From positions 82,894,001-82,958,000 of the forward strand of contig OX597814.1 in the NCBI GenBank assembly GCA_951406725.2: DNA of 64,000 bases, read 5' to 3'. The position numbers and the translations under genes were made by a program. The stretch is from Octopus vulgaris. Its lineage: Eukaryota. Below are positions 28,450 to 41,760 of the stretch, piece after piece (position 1 is the stretch's first letter; each line of letters opens with the position of its first letter). Under the pieces are notes generated by a model that saw only the letters and a list, made by a program, of their open reading frames with translations, did not search any database and was not told the origin of the DNA.

Positions 28450-29492
28450 TCTGTAAATGTAATATGTGACAATTATTCTGTAGCCATGATAAAACTCCAA
28501 GTTTCGGATGCCAAGGTGGAAATCCATGCCGCCATCTCTTCAGTTATCTGGCCATCGGAAAAATGCTATGAAAAATGACCATTATACAAAGGGAAATTAC
28601 TGTGATTGATCGTTATTAAGACAAAAGAGCTATTTGAATGACCACTAAGTAAGATGAGGGTGTAAAGTAAGGGGGTAAAAAAGTTCATAGTATTTGCCTA
28701 AGCGCGTCTGTTCATACCCACACATGTGCAACTGCACACCCACATGCATGCGCCTAAAAGTATACATTCCTCCTCCCTCACTTGAAAACGTACACATCCT
28801 CACTCTCATCCTTCGCCAAATGTATATGTATATATATATATATACATACAAACCCGCACACACACATGTGCACCATAAAGGTTCATACATACGTCTATAT
28901 ATGCCCAAGCAAAAGAAAAAACAGGGTTAAGAGTAACAATACAGAAAAAAGGCACAAGGGAGTATACAAAGAGTAAACCACGTCTATATACGCACAAATC
29001 CGCATACGTCTACATACGCACACACACACGCCCGCACAAAAAGGATCATACATACGTTTATATCCGCACACACACAAGAAAAAACAGGGCTAAGGGCAAA
29101 AATACAGGAAAATGTGTAAAAACACTGAGTAAAATACGTCTATATAAACACGTACTCACATGCACGCACACACGCACACATCTATATACGCACATACCCA
29201 CACACACACACATTCATACGCACGCACAAAAGATTCCATATACACGTCTATATACGCACAGGGAAAAATGCAGGGTGGAAGGTAGAATACAGAAAAATTA
29301 TGTGTAAAAGATATATAAGCAATAAACCTATAAACCAATATCCCTATAAATATGTAAGAAATATATACTGGATGTTGTAATTGACACCTTTATCTTTTAA
29401 TGACTGGATAATTTGGTTGTTTTCCTTTTATCCCAGTGCCTAAAGCTCAAAGTGTGATTATTGAACCTGGCCTTGAAATTACCCTTGATGAT
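28450..29492 (-). mobile_element. Penelope-like element 3' portion (GIY-YIG remnant, low-complexity UTR, hammerhead)
   Basis: The minus strand at ~29365-29490 reads KGNFKARFNNHTLSFRHWDKRKTTKLSSH..DKGVNYNIQ, like the Penelope GIY-YIG segment after YIG. A hammerhead lies downstream on the same strand. Confidence 0.75.
28482..28553 (-). ncRNA. Type I hammerhead ribozyme
   Basis: GGCCA-GAUAA CUGAAGA GAUG..CAUC C GAAA CU(UGG)AG UU^ UUAUC A UGGCU. Core boxes are intact, stem I is 5+5 bp with a bulge, and cleavage is predicted between 28493 and 28492. Confidence 0.8.
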
Positions 29493-30849
29493 GTATATAC
29501 ACACACATATACATATATACATACATACACACACACATATATATATATATATACACATGCACACATATATATAAAATATATATATATATATATACACATA
29601 CATACATGTATACATACACATATATATATATGTATGTATGTTAGTTTTAGTTGAATTAGTGACTTAAATTGAGACAACTAATTTGCACACTCAGACAATA
29701 TTAGGTGAGTATCAAACACTATGCAGAATTTTTCTCCCTGATATTCTTGCAGTGTATAGTTAACATGATCCATCTTAGTGAATAAATCTGCATTTGTTTG
29801 TTCAGATATGTACTTTACATAAAGATACTTTTCATGATACTTCTGAAGTAAACATTTTTAATGAATGAAGATTTTGTTTTGAATGGTATTTTTGTTTGGA
29901 TACTTACAGCTACCCACTCTGAGCTCATTTTCATTTAGATTTATACACACATGCGCGTGCACACACACACACACACACACACATGCACACACACACACAT
30001 ACACACATGCTCGTGTACACTCACACACACACACACACATATATTCATACAAATACATCATATATTGTAATTTGTTGTTTTTTCACAAACATGCATTGTC
30101 ATGGAAATGCGTAAAAACTAAGGAAATTTTTACCTGCTGTTCCGAAAGCACCAAAAGACAAGCATATGTTTGATCAGCATCTTTAACAACATTCAATAAA
30201 CTGGATATGAATGCCATTTATGAATCTATAGCAGCATTTGTTCATATTACAATGCTCACTGCACATCAACTCAGATGTTACAATGCTTCCAACAACTCAG
30301 TAAACAGACAAACATTTCTAAATTTCAGACAGCATTCCATATGTTCTCTATGATATATCATTTTCCATTAATGCTTTATAAAAACAATAAAATATTGGCT
30401 AAAAACATAGTCTCAGAAGACATTTTCAAAAAGAAATCTATTTTCATGTATAAAAAAACAGAAGCAGGGTTTCAGCAGAACTGATTATTAAAAACATTAA
30501 CCAGGCATATAGTGTTAACATCAACTTTTCATATATATATATGTATCTAGTTGTGTATATTTATTTGTAAATACTTTCACATGCACAGAGCTGCATGTCA
30601 CACATGTGCACATACACATACATGCATATCTCATTGTAAAAATTATAAAATACATATCCTATTATATGCTATACAAGATATGTTTTTCTTTCTTCCTCAA
30701 AATACAATACAGCATACCATCTTTTGACAAGACTCACAGTTGCAAACAGGTGTTGGAAGAAACTTGAGTAAACTGTCAATTTTTTATTCAAAAACATGTA
30801 TGTAGATATGTGCATGTATATGTATAGATATATTTAGGAATTTCTTGCA

Positions 30850-31405
30850 TTTTGGGAGTAATGCGTCCCTGACAAACTTGCCATAATGCAGGAATCCCAT
30901 AATGCAGAAATAATTTTCTATTGATTCTCATGCTTTAATGATAATGATAATGCTTCCCAATGGATATTTTTGCAAAAGAACAGCAAAAAAGAAAGAAAAG
31001 AAGGAACAATTTCATACACAGTATGAAAGGTGTGCATAAAAGCATTTGGAGAGAAATAGGTTTGGGAATAAATAAGAATCATAATATTGTAGTAGGATAT
31101 GTACTTACCACAATAGATGTTGACTACTATGTGAGAGGTGGTGGTGAAGTGAGAGTTAGTGGGAGGATAAGGGATACTGTCTTCTAACAAATAGTTCATC
31201 AGCAATAGCAGCATTAACTTGAGGAATGAAGAACTTATTCAAAGTCGTTTGATGCTTGTGGTGCATCATCTCCTTGTACAGCTCAGTGTAGGAACTGAGC
31301 TCATCATAATCTTCTCTCATAATTTTTATATTACTTTCACGATTAGGGTTGTTGCAAACAAAAGCTCATGAACCTTCCTCAATGAGTGCCAACCCGTTAG
31401 CTATT
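30850..31405 (-). mobile_element. pogo/Tigger-like transposase C-terminal remnant
   Basis: GLALIEEG..NPNRESNIKIMRE..SYTELYKEMMHHKHQTTLNKFF resembles the Tigger C-terminus (DPN.ERS.KV...Y.E.Y...QT.L..FF). Left boundary uncertain. Confidence 0.5.
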
Positions 31406-31458
31406 TTTTTTTTTGCTGTCAACAATAAATATATATATATATATACCACACAGCCACA

Positions 31459-31817
31459 GGAGTGGCTGTGTGGTAAGTAGCTTGTTTACCAACCACACAG
31501 TTCCAGGTTCAGTCCCACTGTGTGGCACCTTGGGCAAGTGTCTTCTACTATAGCTTCGGGCCGACCAAAACCTTGTGAGTGGATTTGGTAGACGGAAACT
31601 GAAAGAAGCCCGTCGTATATATGTATATATATATATATGCGTGTGTGTGTTTGTGTATCTGTGTTTGTCCCCCTAGCATTGCTTGACAACCGATGCTGGT
31701 GTGTTTACGTCCCCGTCACTTAGCGGTTCGGCAAAAGAGACCGATAGAATAAGTACTGGGCTTACAAAGAATAAGTCCTGGGGTCGATTTGCTCGACTAA
31801 AGACGGTGCTCCAGCAT
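31459..31817 (+). mobile_element. tRNA-derived SINE family B (CORE-like), young, 3' truncated
   Basis: GGAGTGGCTGTGTGGTAAG A box, GGTTCAGTCCC B box, GGCACCTTGGGCAAGTG CORE-like block and an internal (TA)/(TG) tract. Near-identical to the 45545 and 45955 copies. Confidence 0.9.
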
Positions 31818-32180
31818 ACAATCACCATGCAATGACTAAAAAAAATTGTCTAATATTGGAACTACTACTTTCTGTCGAGGGCTTGTATACCCCAATATTA
31901 GACTATTTTCATATATATATATATATATATCAAATGTGAGGATAAAATTCTTTTCGAAAAAAAATATTTTCTCGGAAAAATTTTTATCAATGGCCAGCAT
32001 GTTAAAAAATACTTTTAACGGTTAAATTTATAAACAATTCATAAATGAGGGCAAAGGAAAAAATTTCTAATGCCAAATATGCCGAAAAATTGGACATATT
32101 GTCCATTAACCATATAATTTTTTCACAATACGCACGCTACTCGAAAAAGGTCGACAGAAATTTCTAAAAAATTCCATTAT

Positions 32181-32238
32181 TACCATATCGGACCGATTTC
32201 AGAGTTAGCTACTAAGAGCCCTCTCTTCGTCAGTGATA
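32181..32238 (-). ncRNA. Minimal type I hammerhead ribozyme (left arm)
   Basis: Reverse complement of 32407-32464. Confidence 0.75.
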
Positions 32239-32406
32239 CATGTGGCAAAAGAAATAAATGAGATACTCACTCATACCCTTGGAAGAAGCAAATACTAAGT
32301 CATGGGCACACCTAAGTACCCCAAATACATCCAAAATAGAAATACTCCAGCCCATTTGAGGCATGTGTGTATGAGTAAGTATCTCATTTATTTCTTTTGC
32401 CACATG

Positions 32407-32464
32407 TATCACTGACGAAGAGAGGGCTCTTAGTAGCTAACTCTGAAATCGGTCCGATATGGTA
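32407..32464 (+). ncRNA. Minimal type I hammerhead ribozyme (right arm)
   Basis: UAUCA CUGACGA AGAG..CUCU GAAA UCGGUCCGA UA^ UGGUA. Stem III is palindromic (AUCGG-U-CCGAU), with an AUA site and cleavage predicted after 32459. Confidence 0.75.
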
Positions 32465-32604
32465 ATAATGGAATTTTTAGAAATTTCTGTCAACCTTTTT
32501 CGAGTAGCGTGCGTATTGTGAAAAAATTATATGGTTAATGGACAATATGTCCAATTTTTTGACATATTTGGCATTAGAAATTTTTTCCTTTGCCCTCATT
32601 TATG

Positions 32605-32644
<40 letters not shown>

Positions 32645-33711
32645 ACGTAAACATTTTTCTACTGGACCAAATCCCAGTTTTTTTATGCCAAAATGTAGCT
32701 AGGGACCAGTCCTCTTCAAATATGTTAACAGTTTTCAGTTTGATTAAGAACCGAATTAACGATAAGCTCTGAAAGATGCTGCATGTGAGTAAATTGCAGT
32801 CTTAAGAATGATATTCAACTACTACTGTAGTTGAATGATATCTATCTATTTCAATGATATTTTCTATATCTAAATATGTTGATATAACAGAAACTGTTGT
32901 TGGCTTTGTAAGGTTAATTCTACAATTCAAGATGTGATCTTCTCTCGCTTTCTCTCTCTCTCTCTATATATATATACAGAGAAAGAGAGTGTATTAGAGA
33001 CAGACATACAGACACAGATATATTACTATATCAATTAAGCAAAGATAGAATTTCTCAAAGAGCAATGATATACAAGCAGCAAATTAAAGTGTGAGTACAG
33101 AAAGTAAACAAAACAGAAAAGGAGATTTTTTTTTTTTTTGTGGAGATAAAAAAATGCAAAATGATTGTTTTTCTTTCTATTATTATTTATTTACTTGCTA
33201 TGTATGCAAGTAAGGAAAGAAATTGAAAGGATGATTTCCAAGCAATATGAAATTCTGGAGGATATTCTTATTAAATCCAGTTTTAGCTTCCAGACATATA
33301 CAAGGAATTCTAAACTAAGGATTTTCTGTTCATGAAATGAAGTATGAAAAAAATATATCATCTCTGCCAATTAATAATAAGAAATTTCCATGATCAGATG
33401 TGTCACCTACCTTGGTTTGTAAACTGACATGTGTTTGCTATGGAATCACCAAATCATTTAAATCAAGCAATTTGAAAATTATTTTGTTCATCTTGCATTA
33501 CAATGTCTCAAAAACTACATGCATAAATTCTTTTCATCTATAATTTCTGAGGTTTGATTATGATCCTTAAAAACTTGAATTAAATCTCTTCCACAATTTT
33601 GCTGGGGAAAAAATAGGTCTCAAAGACTATAATGACCTGTCTGGCTCCAGCATCTCAGACTTAGCAATGTACCTCCATCCATCTGATTATCCATCCAGCT
33701 AGCCATACATA

Positions 33712-34585
33712 TGAGGTCTGATCAATAAGTATCCAGACTGTTGCCATTGTAATGAAGCTAAAGCATGCAGAGTGAAGTTGCTTGGCACAGATTGACCTTG
33801 AATTCTGCTGTGCATGCACATTAAGTTTTAACATTCTAGCTCACTTCTGCTGTCTACAGCAGTGTTTGGCAGGAAGGTGTGTAGCATGTGATCATCACAT
33901 TGATGATGACAAAGAAAGTTGTCATGAGAATACCTTCTCAGAGGCCTATGCAAAGTTGCAGAAACTGTATGAAGAGGAGTGTATGAGCTGCACACGAGTG
34001 TACAAGTGGCTCAGACATTTCCAAGATGGCTGAAAAATGTCAATATTGACAAATGCTCTGGGAGACCTGCAATCAGCAGAACAGAGGAAAACATCACAGA
34101 TGTGCATGCAACTGTGAGGTGAAATCATCGAATCACCACCCGTGAGTTATCAGAGGACATACAGATTAGTTATAGTTCAGTCCATTATCACTGAAGATTT
34201 GAGTATGAGATGCATGTCAGCCAACTTCGTGCCAAAACTGCTTTCAGTTGACCAAAAGGATACTTGGGTTTCAGTTGATTGTGTTGAGAAAGATGAAAAC
34301 TTTTTGAAAACTTTGAATAGGCCCCTGAGCAGGTATCGCCAAGCTTTTGGCAAAATTTGAAGCAGATTCTCTGCTCAACTTTCTCTGTCATGGTGAATGC
34401 GATGATCACATGCCACACACCTTCCTTCCAAGCACTGCTGTAAACAGTGGAAGCAAGCTAGAATGTTAAAACTTAGTGCACATGCACAATAGAGTTTAAG
34501 GTCAATCTGTCCCTAGTGGCTTTACTCTTTGTGCTTTAGCTTTGTTACAATAGCAACAGTCTGAATACTTATTGATCAGATCATG
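33712..34585 (+). mobile_element. Mariner-derived fold-back element (irritans-like ends)
   Basis: TA|TGAGGTCTGATCAATAAGTAT at the left end and ATACTTATTGATCAGATCATG|TA at the right. The arms are inverted copies over ~250 bp. Contains the transposase N-terminus (AYAKLQKLYEEECMSCTRVYKWLRHFQDG, SGRP, FVPKLL). Confidence 0.9.
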
Positions 34586-36080
34586 TACATACATACATAC
34601 ATACATACATACATAGGTACATTAGGTTATGTACCAACAAATTTACCCAAAGACCTAGAAATACTTGTTTTAATGGAGAAAGAGCAAAAGAAACTGGTGT
34701 GGATTTTCCAAATCTAGTCTATCAGGGGCACGGTGAAGATTTGTGAAACATTCCAAAAATTCTCCATCTGAGATTCTTTTGTGAATAGATGCACACACTT
34801 GTATGCATTGACACTTCAACCAACATGCCAACTCCACTGCATATTTACAAACACTAGGAACTCCCTTAATTCAGAAAGTCTTGTCACTTTGTTGGCAACT
34901 GGCTTGAACTCTCTCTATAAGAACTTAAAACTCAAAGAAAAATCATACATACATACATACATACATACATACATACATACATACATACATACATACATTC
35001 AGATGTGTGTGTGTAATGTTTGTATTGATGGATGGATGAATGAATAGATGCTACGGATCTTTGTACCCCATTAGCTTTTATAAATATTCAGTTTCATGTT
35101 TTATGTCTGTGCTAATAACGTCAGTGTAGTTCAGTGGTCTTTGTCTCGTATTAGGGTAAGGAGGCATTTAAACCATAACGTGTTATGCCCTGTTCTTCTG
35201 TACATTAGCAGTGGCCAGTAAAGCCTACTCTGCATTGAACAATATTGTTAGAGACGAGTGAAATGTGTCCATCAATCTCCACAGTGGTCTTGTGCTCATG
35301 CAGTGAGATGCCTTGTGTCTTTGTGAAAAACTGGGTGTATGGACACACAAGATAATATTGAAAGTTCCTTCTTCATAGTCCAAATTTTGGTTCTATAGAG
35401 GAGAATGCTCTGTACATGAGCTTGCATAGTGAGCGTTCTTCAAACATTCTCATAAAACAAATATTGATCTTGCACTCATGTGAACATGAATTGATGTTAC
35501 TGGCAGTTTTGAGAGTTATGTTTGCTTCTTTATAATGTATAGTGTCTTGAGTTTTCTTTTTTATTTAATGTATCTATGTGTTAACTATGCATTTTACTTT
35601 TAACTAGATCCCAATGAATTATTTTGTGCTGTTGATACATTTGGAAATGACACTATCTTATATTCTCATACCACAACTCTGATTTTGGTTATCTGTCTTT
35701 TATTCTAATGAATACATTCCAGGAGCTGATTCTTTTGCATTGTTATTTATTAATTAATTTAATTTTCTTTCTATTCAATTTAGATATTTTTCTCCTTTGG
35801 GAAATTTATGCTAATTCTTCAAATGAAGAGTGTGAAATTTAATTGTTGAAATATAGAATGCATACATTTGCTGAAATGATGATATAACCATTAGCTAGCC
35901 AACAAACTTATCTATATGATATATCTTTCTGTAGCAACTAGATTGATACAAAGCTACACTTGTATATCTAACTGTGATAAATGTGAGTAAAAAAATAATA
36001 TTCATCTATCAAGCCATTTATCTATCCATGCACTCACCTACCTACTTACCTTCCTACATGCATCTATACACACCTGTCTG

Positions 36081-36193
<113 letters not shown>

Positions 36194-36279
36194 TTGTCTG
36201 GCTGTCTATTTGTCTTCCCATCTATCTATCTGTCAGTCTAAGCTATCTAATTTATCTGTCTCTATAATATCTATCAGTG

Positions 36280-36313
<34 letters not shown>

Positions 36314-36357
36314 TAATAATAGTAATAATGATAATAATTATAATAATAATAATAATA

Positions 36358-36895
36358 AGCCAAAACACTACACTGTGACATATTATGTCAAAGATGATTT
36401 GAAGTAGAAAGAAAATGGTATGAATATAAACCAGAAAGTGTAATAGAGAGCAACCAGTATAAGGCTTTATGGGATTTTAATGTACAGACTGATTGCAAAA
36501 TTCATGCCAGGCAACTAGATATTATGGTTCCTGACAAGAGGAAATAAGTGTGCATCATCATAGATGTGACTGTATCTGCAGACATGAATGTAGCCAACAA
36601 AGAACAGGAGAAAATAGGAAATACCAGGATTTGGCTAGGGTAATAGGATGACTGTGGAGGGTCTCAACCAAAGTTAGTCCCAGTTGTTATAGGTGCCCAA
36701 TTGTTATAGGTCACCAACAAATTTAACAGTTTTCCTATAGAGATTGGTGTAACTATGAGAGTTGTATTAATTCAGAAATGTACTCTATTGGCTACAGCAA
36801 TGGTTGTAAGAAAGGTCCTCAATATTAAAGGAAGCTAGTCTTGACCTGGTATCAAGGACATTGATTCTGAATGTAAAATATTTATGCACATCATA
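36358..36895 (+). mobile_element. R4/Dong-like 5'-truncated copy
   Basis: KWYEYKPESVIESNQYKALWDFNVQTDCKIHARQLDIMVPDK..CIIIDVTVSAD..KEQEKI..PVVIGA (PD..D RLE region), with (TAA)n on both sides. Confidence 0.85.
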
Positions 36896-36911
36896 AATAA
36901 TAATAATAATG

Positions 36912-36992
<81 letters not shown>

Positions 36993-37294
36993 CTGTACCA
37001 GACAATGGCTGCTGTGATGCAGTATCAGGTAGGGGCTTGCTCTGATGTAATACCTGGCAGTGACTCTCATGGTTTCTAATCTTAAATAATTGGAAATGTT
37101 ATCATGTACATGTTTTATCTTGGTGTAAAAGATGGGCTATAGCAAATATTCTGCTCAATACCACACATTTGCTTGTCAGTTACATGACCGTAACTGGTTG
37201 ATTATGTCCCTTAGTGGCTGATGATACATGTGTCTTTGATCATGAGCAAGAGTAGTGGAAAAGCATAATAGCCATGTGTTGAGAGAAATTCTTT

Positions 37295-37524
37295 GGAGGT
37301 GAGCTGGCAGAATCGTTAGCACACTGGGTGAAATGCTTAGCGGTATTTCATCTGCCGCTACGTTCTGAGTTCAAATTCCGCCGAGGTCGACTTTGCCTTT
37401 TATCCTTTCGGGGTCGATTAAATAAGTACCAGTTATGCACTGGGGGCGATATAATCAACTTAATCCGTTTGTCTGTCCTTGTTTGTCCTCTCTGTGTTTA
37501 GCCCCATTTGGGTAGTAAAGAAAT
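37295..37524 (+). mobile_element. SINE family A, young, with 11-bp TSD
   Basis: TSD AGAAATTCTTT at 37284-37294 and 37525-37535. CpG-rich, with Pol III boxes. Confidence 0.9.
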
Positions 37525-37682
37525 AGAAATTCTTTGAAGTATGAATAAATCACCTCTAAAAACATGGGTGTTTCATTCATAATCCTTAAACAGACCTTAT
37601 TCAGGGATCTTTTGAGTGGGATAGGCTACTTGACTCGAAGAAGGTCTGTTTATCTTGATACGCACTGTTTATCTTGATATGG

Positions 37683-37912
37683 ATTTTTTTATTGCTTACA
37701 GGGGGCTAAATATAGAGGGGACAAACAAGGACAGACAAAGGGATTAAGTCGATTACTTCAACCCCAGTGCGTAACTGGCAATTAATTTATCGATGTCAAA
37801 AGGATGAAAGGCAAAGTTGACCTCGGCGGAATTTGAAAACAAAACGTAATGGTAGATGAAATACCGCTAAGCATTTTGCCCTCTGTGCTAATGGTTCTAC
37901 CAGCTGACCGCC
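37683..37912 (-). mobile_element. SINE family A, young, with ~14-bp TSD
   Basis: TSD CTGTTTATCTTGAT at 37665-37678 and 37913-37926. Confidence 0.9.
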
Positions 37913-38619
37913 CTGTTTATCTTGATGTGAGATCACCATATCGCATACATATGATTGTGATGCATGTACCTGGTGTACCCTTATCAAATGGGTAGTCATG
38001 ATGAGTATATTGGACTTCATATATTTGTACCCCAGGGTCACTTTGATGGCATGCATTGCTCTTTCACTCAATAATGATGATGATGATGATAATTTTACTT
38101 CTACTTTTCCTTGAGGAATGGATTGGACTGGTTCTGTGCCAGTGTTTTATGATAGAATGTCCTTTCTGTTGTTAACCCTTTTGGTTGCTGCTTATAACAC
38201 AGGGACACAATGTACTCATTTTAAAATCAGGAGGCACACAGTAAAATCTGTCCATTTGCCAATCCATCACTCTGTCTACCTGTCTATACTCATACAAACT
38301 GTGTGCCAATAAATACAATATAATTATTTATCTACATATACATGCCAATTACATATAAATAATATTGAGTAAATAGTCTGTTCTGTGAGCAGGAAGCTGG
38401 CAGGAAAAATAGAACATCAAAGTAATACTTAGCAACCTATGCCCTGAGATCATTCACCAAAGTAAACTTTACATTTTTCTTTCAGTTAGGAGTGAACAAA
38501 ATAAGTACTAGAATATAATGCCATTAATTTGAACACATGTATTCCTCTCCTAACTAGTATGTTAACTAAATATATCACTAGTACTCAACGAATTGAGAAA
38601 TATGATTAATATAGCCTAG

Positions 38620-39016
38620 GCATGGCTGTGTGGTAAGAAGTTTGCTTCCCAACCATATGGTTTCAGGTTCAGTCCCACTGCATGGCACCTTAGGTAAATG
38701 TCTTCTACTAGAGCTTCAGGTTGTCCAAACCCCTGTGAGTGATTTGGCAGATGGAAACTGAAAGAAGCCCATCATATATAAATATATATATATTTGTCAT
38801 CATCATCATCATCATTTAATGTCCGTTTTCCATGCTAGCATGGGTTGGACAGTTTAACTGAAAACTAGTAAGCTGGAGAGATGTACCAGGTTCCAATCTG
38901 ATTTGGCAAGATTTCTACAGCTGGATGCCCTTTCTAACGCCAACCACTCCAAGAGTGTAGTGAGTGCTTTTTACATAAAGAAAATATATATATATATATA
39001 TATATATATTTATGTG

Positions 39017-39057
<41 letters not shown>

Positions 39058-39283
39058 ACATGTGTATGTGTATGTCTTTGTGTCTGTGTTTGTCCTCCAT
39101 CACCACTTGACAACTGGTGTTGATGTGATCACGTCCCCCATAACTTAGCAGTTCAACAAAAGAGATCAATATAATAAGTACCGAGCTTTGAATAAAAGAT
39201 GATACTGGGGTGATTCATTCAACTAAAATCCATCTAGGCAGTACTCCACATGGCCACAGTCTAATGACTGAAACAAGTAAAAG
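38620..39283 (+). mobile_element. SINE family B with nested (GAT)n-tailed element (38797-38975) in its TA tract
   Basis: The head and tail halves of family B flank a minus-strand copy of the 3812-type repeat. Confidence 0.8.
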
Positions 39284-41359
39284 ACAAAAGATATGCTTGC
39301 TCTCTCTTTCTCACGTGTACACACATATACATGCATACACGTATACACATATTTGTAACTATGTATGGGAGCATACATAGTTACAAATACATATATGTGT
39401 ATTTCCCCATACACATATATGTGTATGGGGAAATACAATATAAAAGGGTTATAAGTTAATGTACATTATTAATAGAAATATCATTACAAATGCAAAACAA
39501 ATTTTATTTATAAAGGATCCATTTGCTCTACATACATATATAATATCCTTCAAAACCTCCATGCTTCTTGAAATTTTCCAACAGTACCCTTCTCCTTTTT
39601 GTTTTTTGAAACGACTCATTCATTGTTCATTTCTTGTGCATTATTCTATGTACAGTTATGCACTTATGGTGACATTTTCTAATGAGTTGTAGTGTACCTG
39701 AATACTGTATACAATAATTTCATTATGATTATTATTATTTCAATATATGAAAAGAGAAGATGATTTAAGAATGAGTTACATAAAACAATGTGACTTACAC
39801 AGGGTATATGTTCAGTCTGTTTATACAATTAACATGCTGATATTGTACTGAATATATATGAGAGCAAAAAAGAGACTAGTAGGACTAAATAATTAACTTT
39901 AAAATCATTCTTATAATAAATGTCACTGTGTATTTATATAATTTGTGTCACACAGAGAGCTACCACCAATTTTTTTAAAAGTATCTGCCTTGAATATTAT
40001 GTACATCATCATTTAATATCTTTTTTATATGCTAACACGTATTGGATATTTTGATAGGATCCAGTAAACTGCAAAGCTGCATCAAACTCTTGTTTCAACT
40101 TTGTGGTTTCTACAGTTGTGGTTTCTACAGCTTTACAGCGTACAATGGGTATTTTAACTAAACAGGGTATTTTGGAGGGGTAAGTGGCTTTAAGCCAGAT
40201 GCTGAGAGGCTTAAATATGTTGAGGGACAAGTACAAGTGTCTTACAATAGAAAAGATATATGGCTAGTCTCCATTGTATAAGGGTGGGTGTGAGTAGCTG
40301 GGAAGCTACATATATTAGTTGAATTTTCAGTTAAGGTACTGTTAAAGCAAATATTAAACTGAAAATTAATTTTTGTAGATTGTTCAATGCAAAGTCTAAT
40401 ACATGTAAATATGTGTGTCAATCATATTTTATTATTATTTTCAACACATTTAAGTCAGATAAACACATTTTCCATTAATATTGGTTTCAAATGTTGGCAC
40501 AAGGCCAGCACTTTCAGGGGAAGAGGAAGCTGATTACTTTGACCCCAGTGCTCATTTGGTACTTATTTTATCAACTCTGAATGGATGAAAGGCAAGTAGG
40601 CCTTGGTGGAATTTGAACTCAAAACATAATGACAGACGAAATGCCTCTAAGCATTTTGCTCAGGTTTCTAATGATTCTGTCAGTTCCCTGCCTTCATATT
40701 TAGCATTAATATTGATGGCATAAATATACTAGTAAAGATATAAAATGCATGATGAATTCAGTAGGCAATTAGCTTCTACATATCAGCTTTCTAATGCAGT
40801 CTACGGTTAGAACCAGTGCCTAGATCCAATGCTAAAGGAACTGAGATGATTGAAGGTACTCTAGCATAGGATTGACTACTGAAGCAGATTCTCCAGGCTC
40901 ACAGACTAAGTTAAATCCAGCACTACAAGTTGACAAACATCTTGTCAGTTTTATAGTGGTCCTCCCTGCAACAGTAAGTTGTTCCTATACTGTACTGCTG
41001 CTTTACAATCAGGTTAACTCATATGAGTATGAAGTATTTTAGCCAAAGTAGTGCTGGTAACCAGATACAGGTCATAAATGTCTTGGCCACTTGTGGATTG
41101 TTTTATATTTTTTTTATGTTGATTTGTCATATACAGAACTATCACTTCTCAAGATATGTGATTTGCATTTGTGCAAATGTTACCATAAAAAAGATATATC
41201 TTTGAAGTGTGCAACTATTCAAAATAGAGTTTCTATATAATATACATGTAAAATTTTACTCTAGAAAATTTTGGAATGCTCATAAACTAAAAAACAAGAG
41301 GAAACATTTGTCTGAATAAGGTTTTCAAAATTTAAAGTGTGAAATTAAAAAGAATTTAT

Positions 41360-41760
41360 ATCTGTTTCAGTCATAAGAATGTGGCTATCCTAGGGCACCA
41401 CCTTGAAGAATTTTTAGTTGAACAAATCAAAGTACTTACTTTTAAGCCCGGTACTTATTCTGTCAGTCTCTTTGCTGAACTGATAAGTTACAAGGATGTA
41501 AAAAAACCATGTCTAGTTATCAAGTGGTGGTGAAATACAAACACAGACACAAAGATACACACACATATATATATATATATATATATTTATACACACACAA
41601 TGGACTTCTTTCAGTTTCCATTTGCCAAATCCTTTCACAAGGCTTTGGTTAACTTGAGGCTATAGTGGAAGACACTTACCCAAGGAGACATGCAATGGGA
41701 CTGAACCTAGAACCATATGGTCAGGAAGCTAACTACTTACCTCACAGCCATGCGTGTGCC
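41360..41760 (-). mobile_element. SINE family B
   Basis: Family similarity. Confidence 0.8.

Larger units (their letters stand above)
31931..32608. mobile_element. Palindromic hammerhead-bearing element (probable inverted Penelope pLTRs)
   Basis: Arms 32036-32276 and 32369-32608 are reverse complements with about five differences, around a 92-bp spacer, with (TA)n on both flanks. Confidence 0.8.
36991..38070. mobile_element. Unclassified repeat between (TAA)n/(TGA)n tracts, hosting two SINEs
   Basis: Continuous non-microsatellite block split by two TSD-bounded SINE insertions. Class not determinable. Confidence 0.4.
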
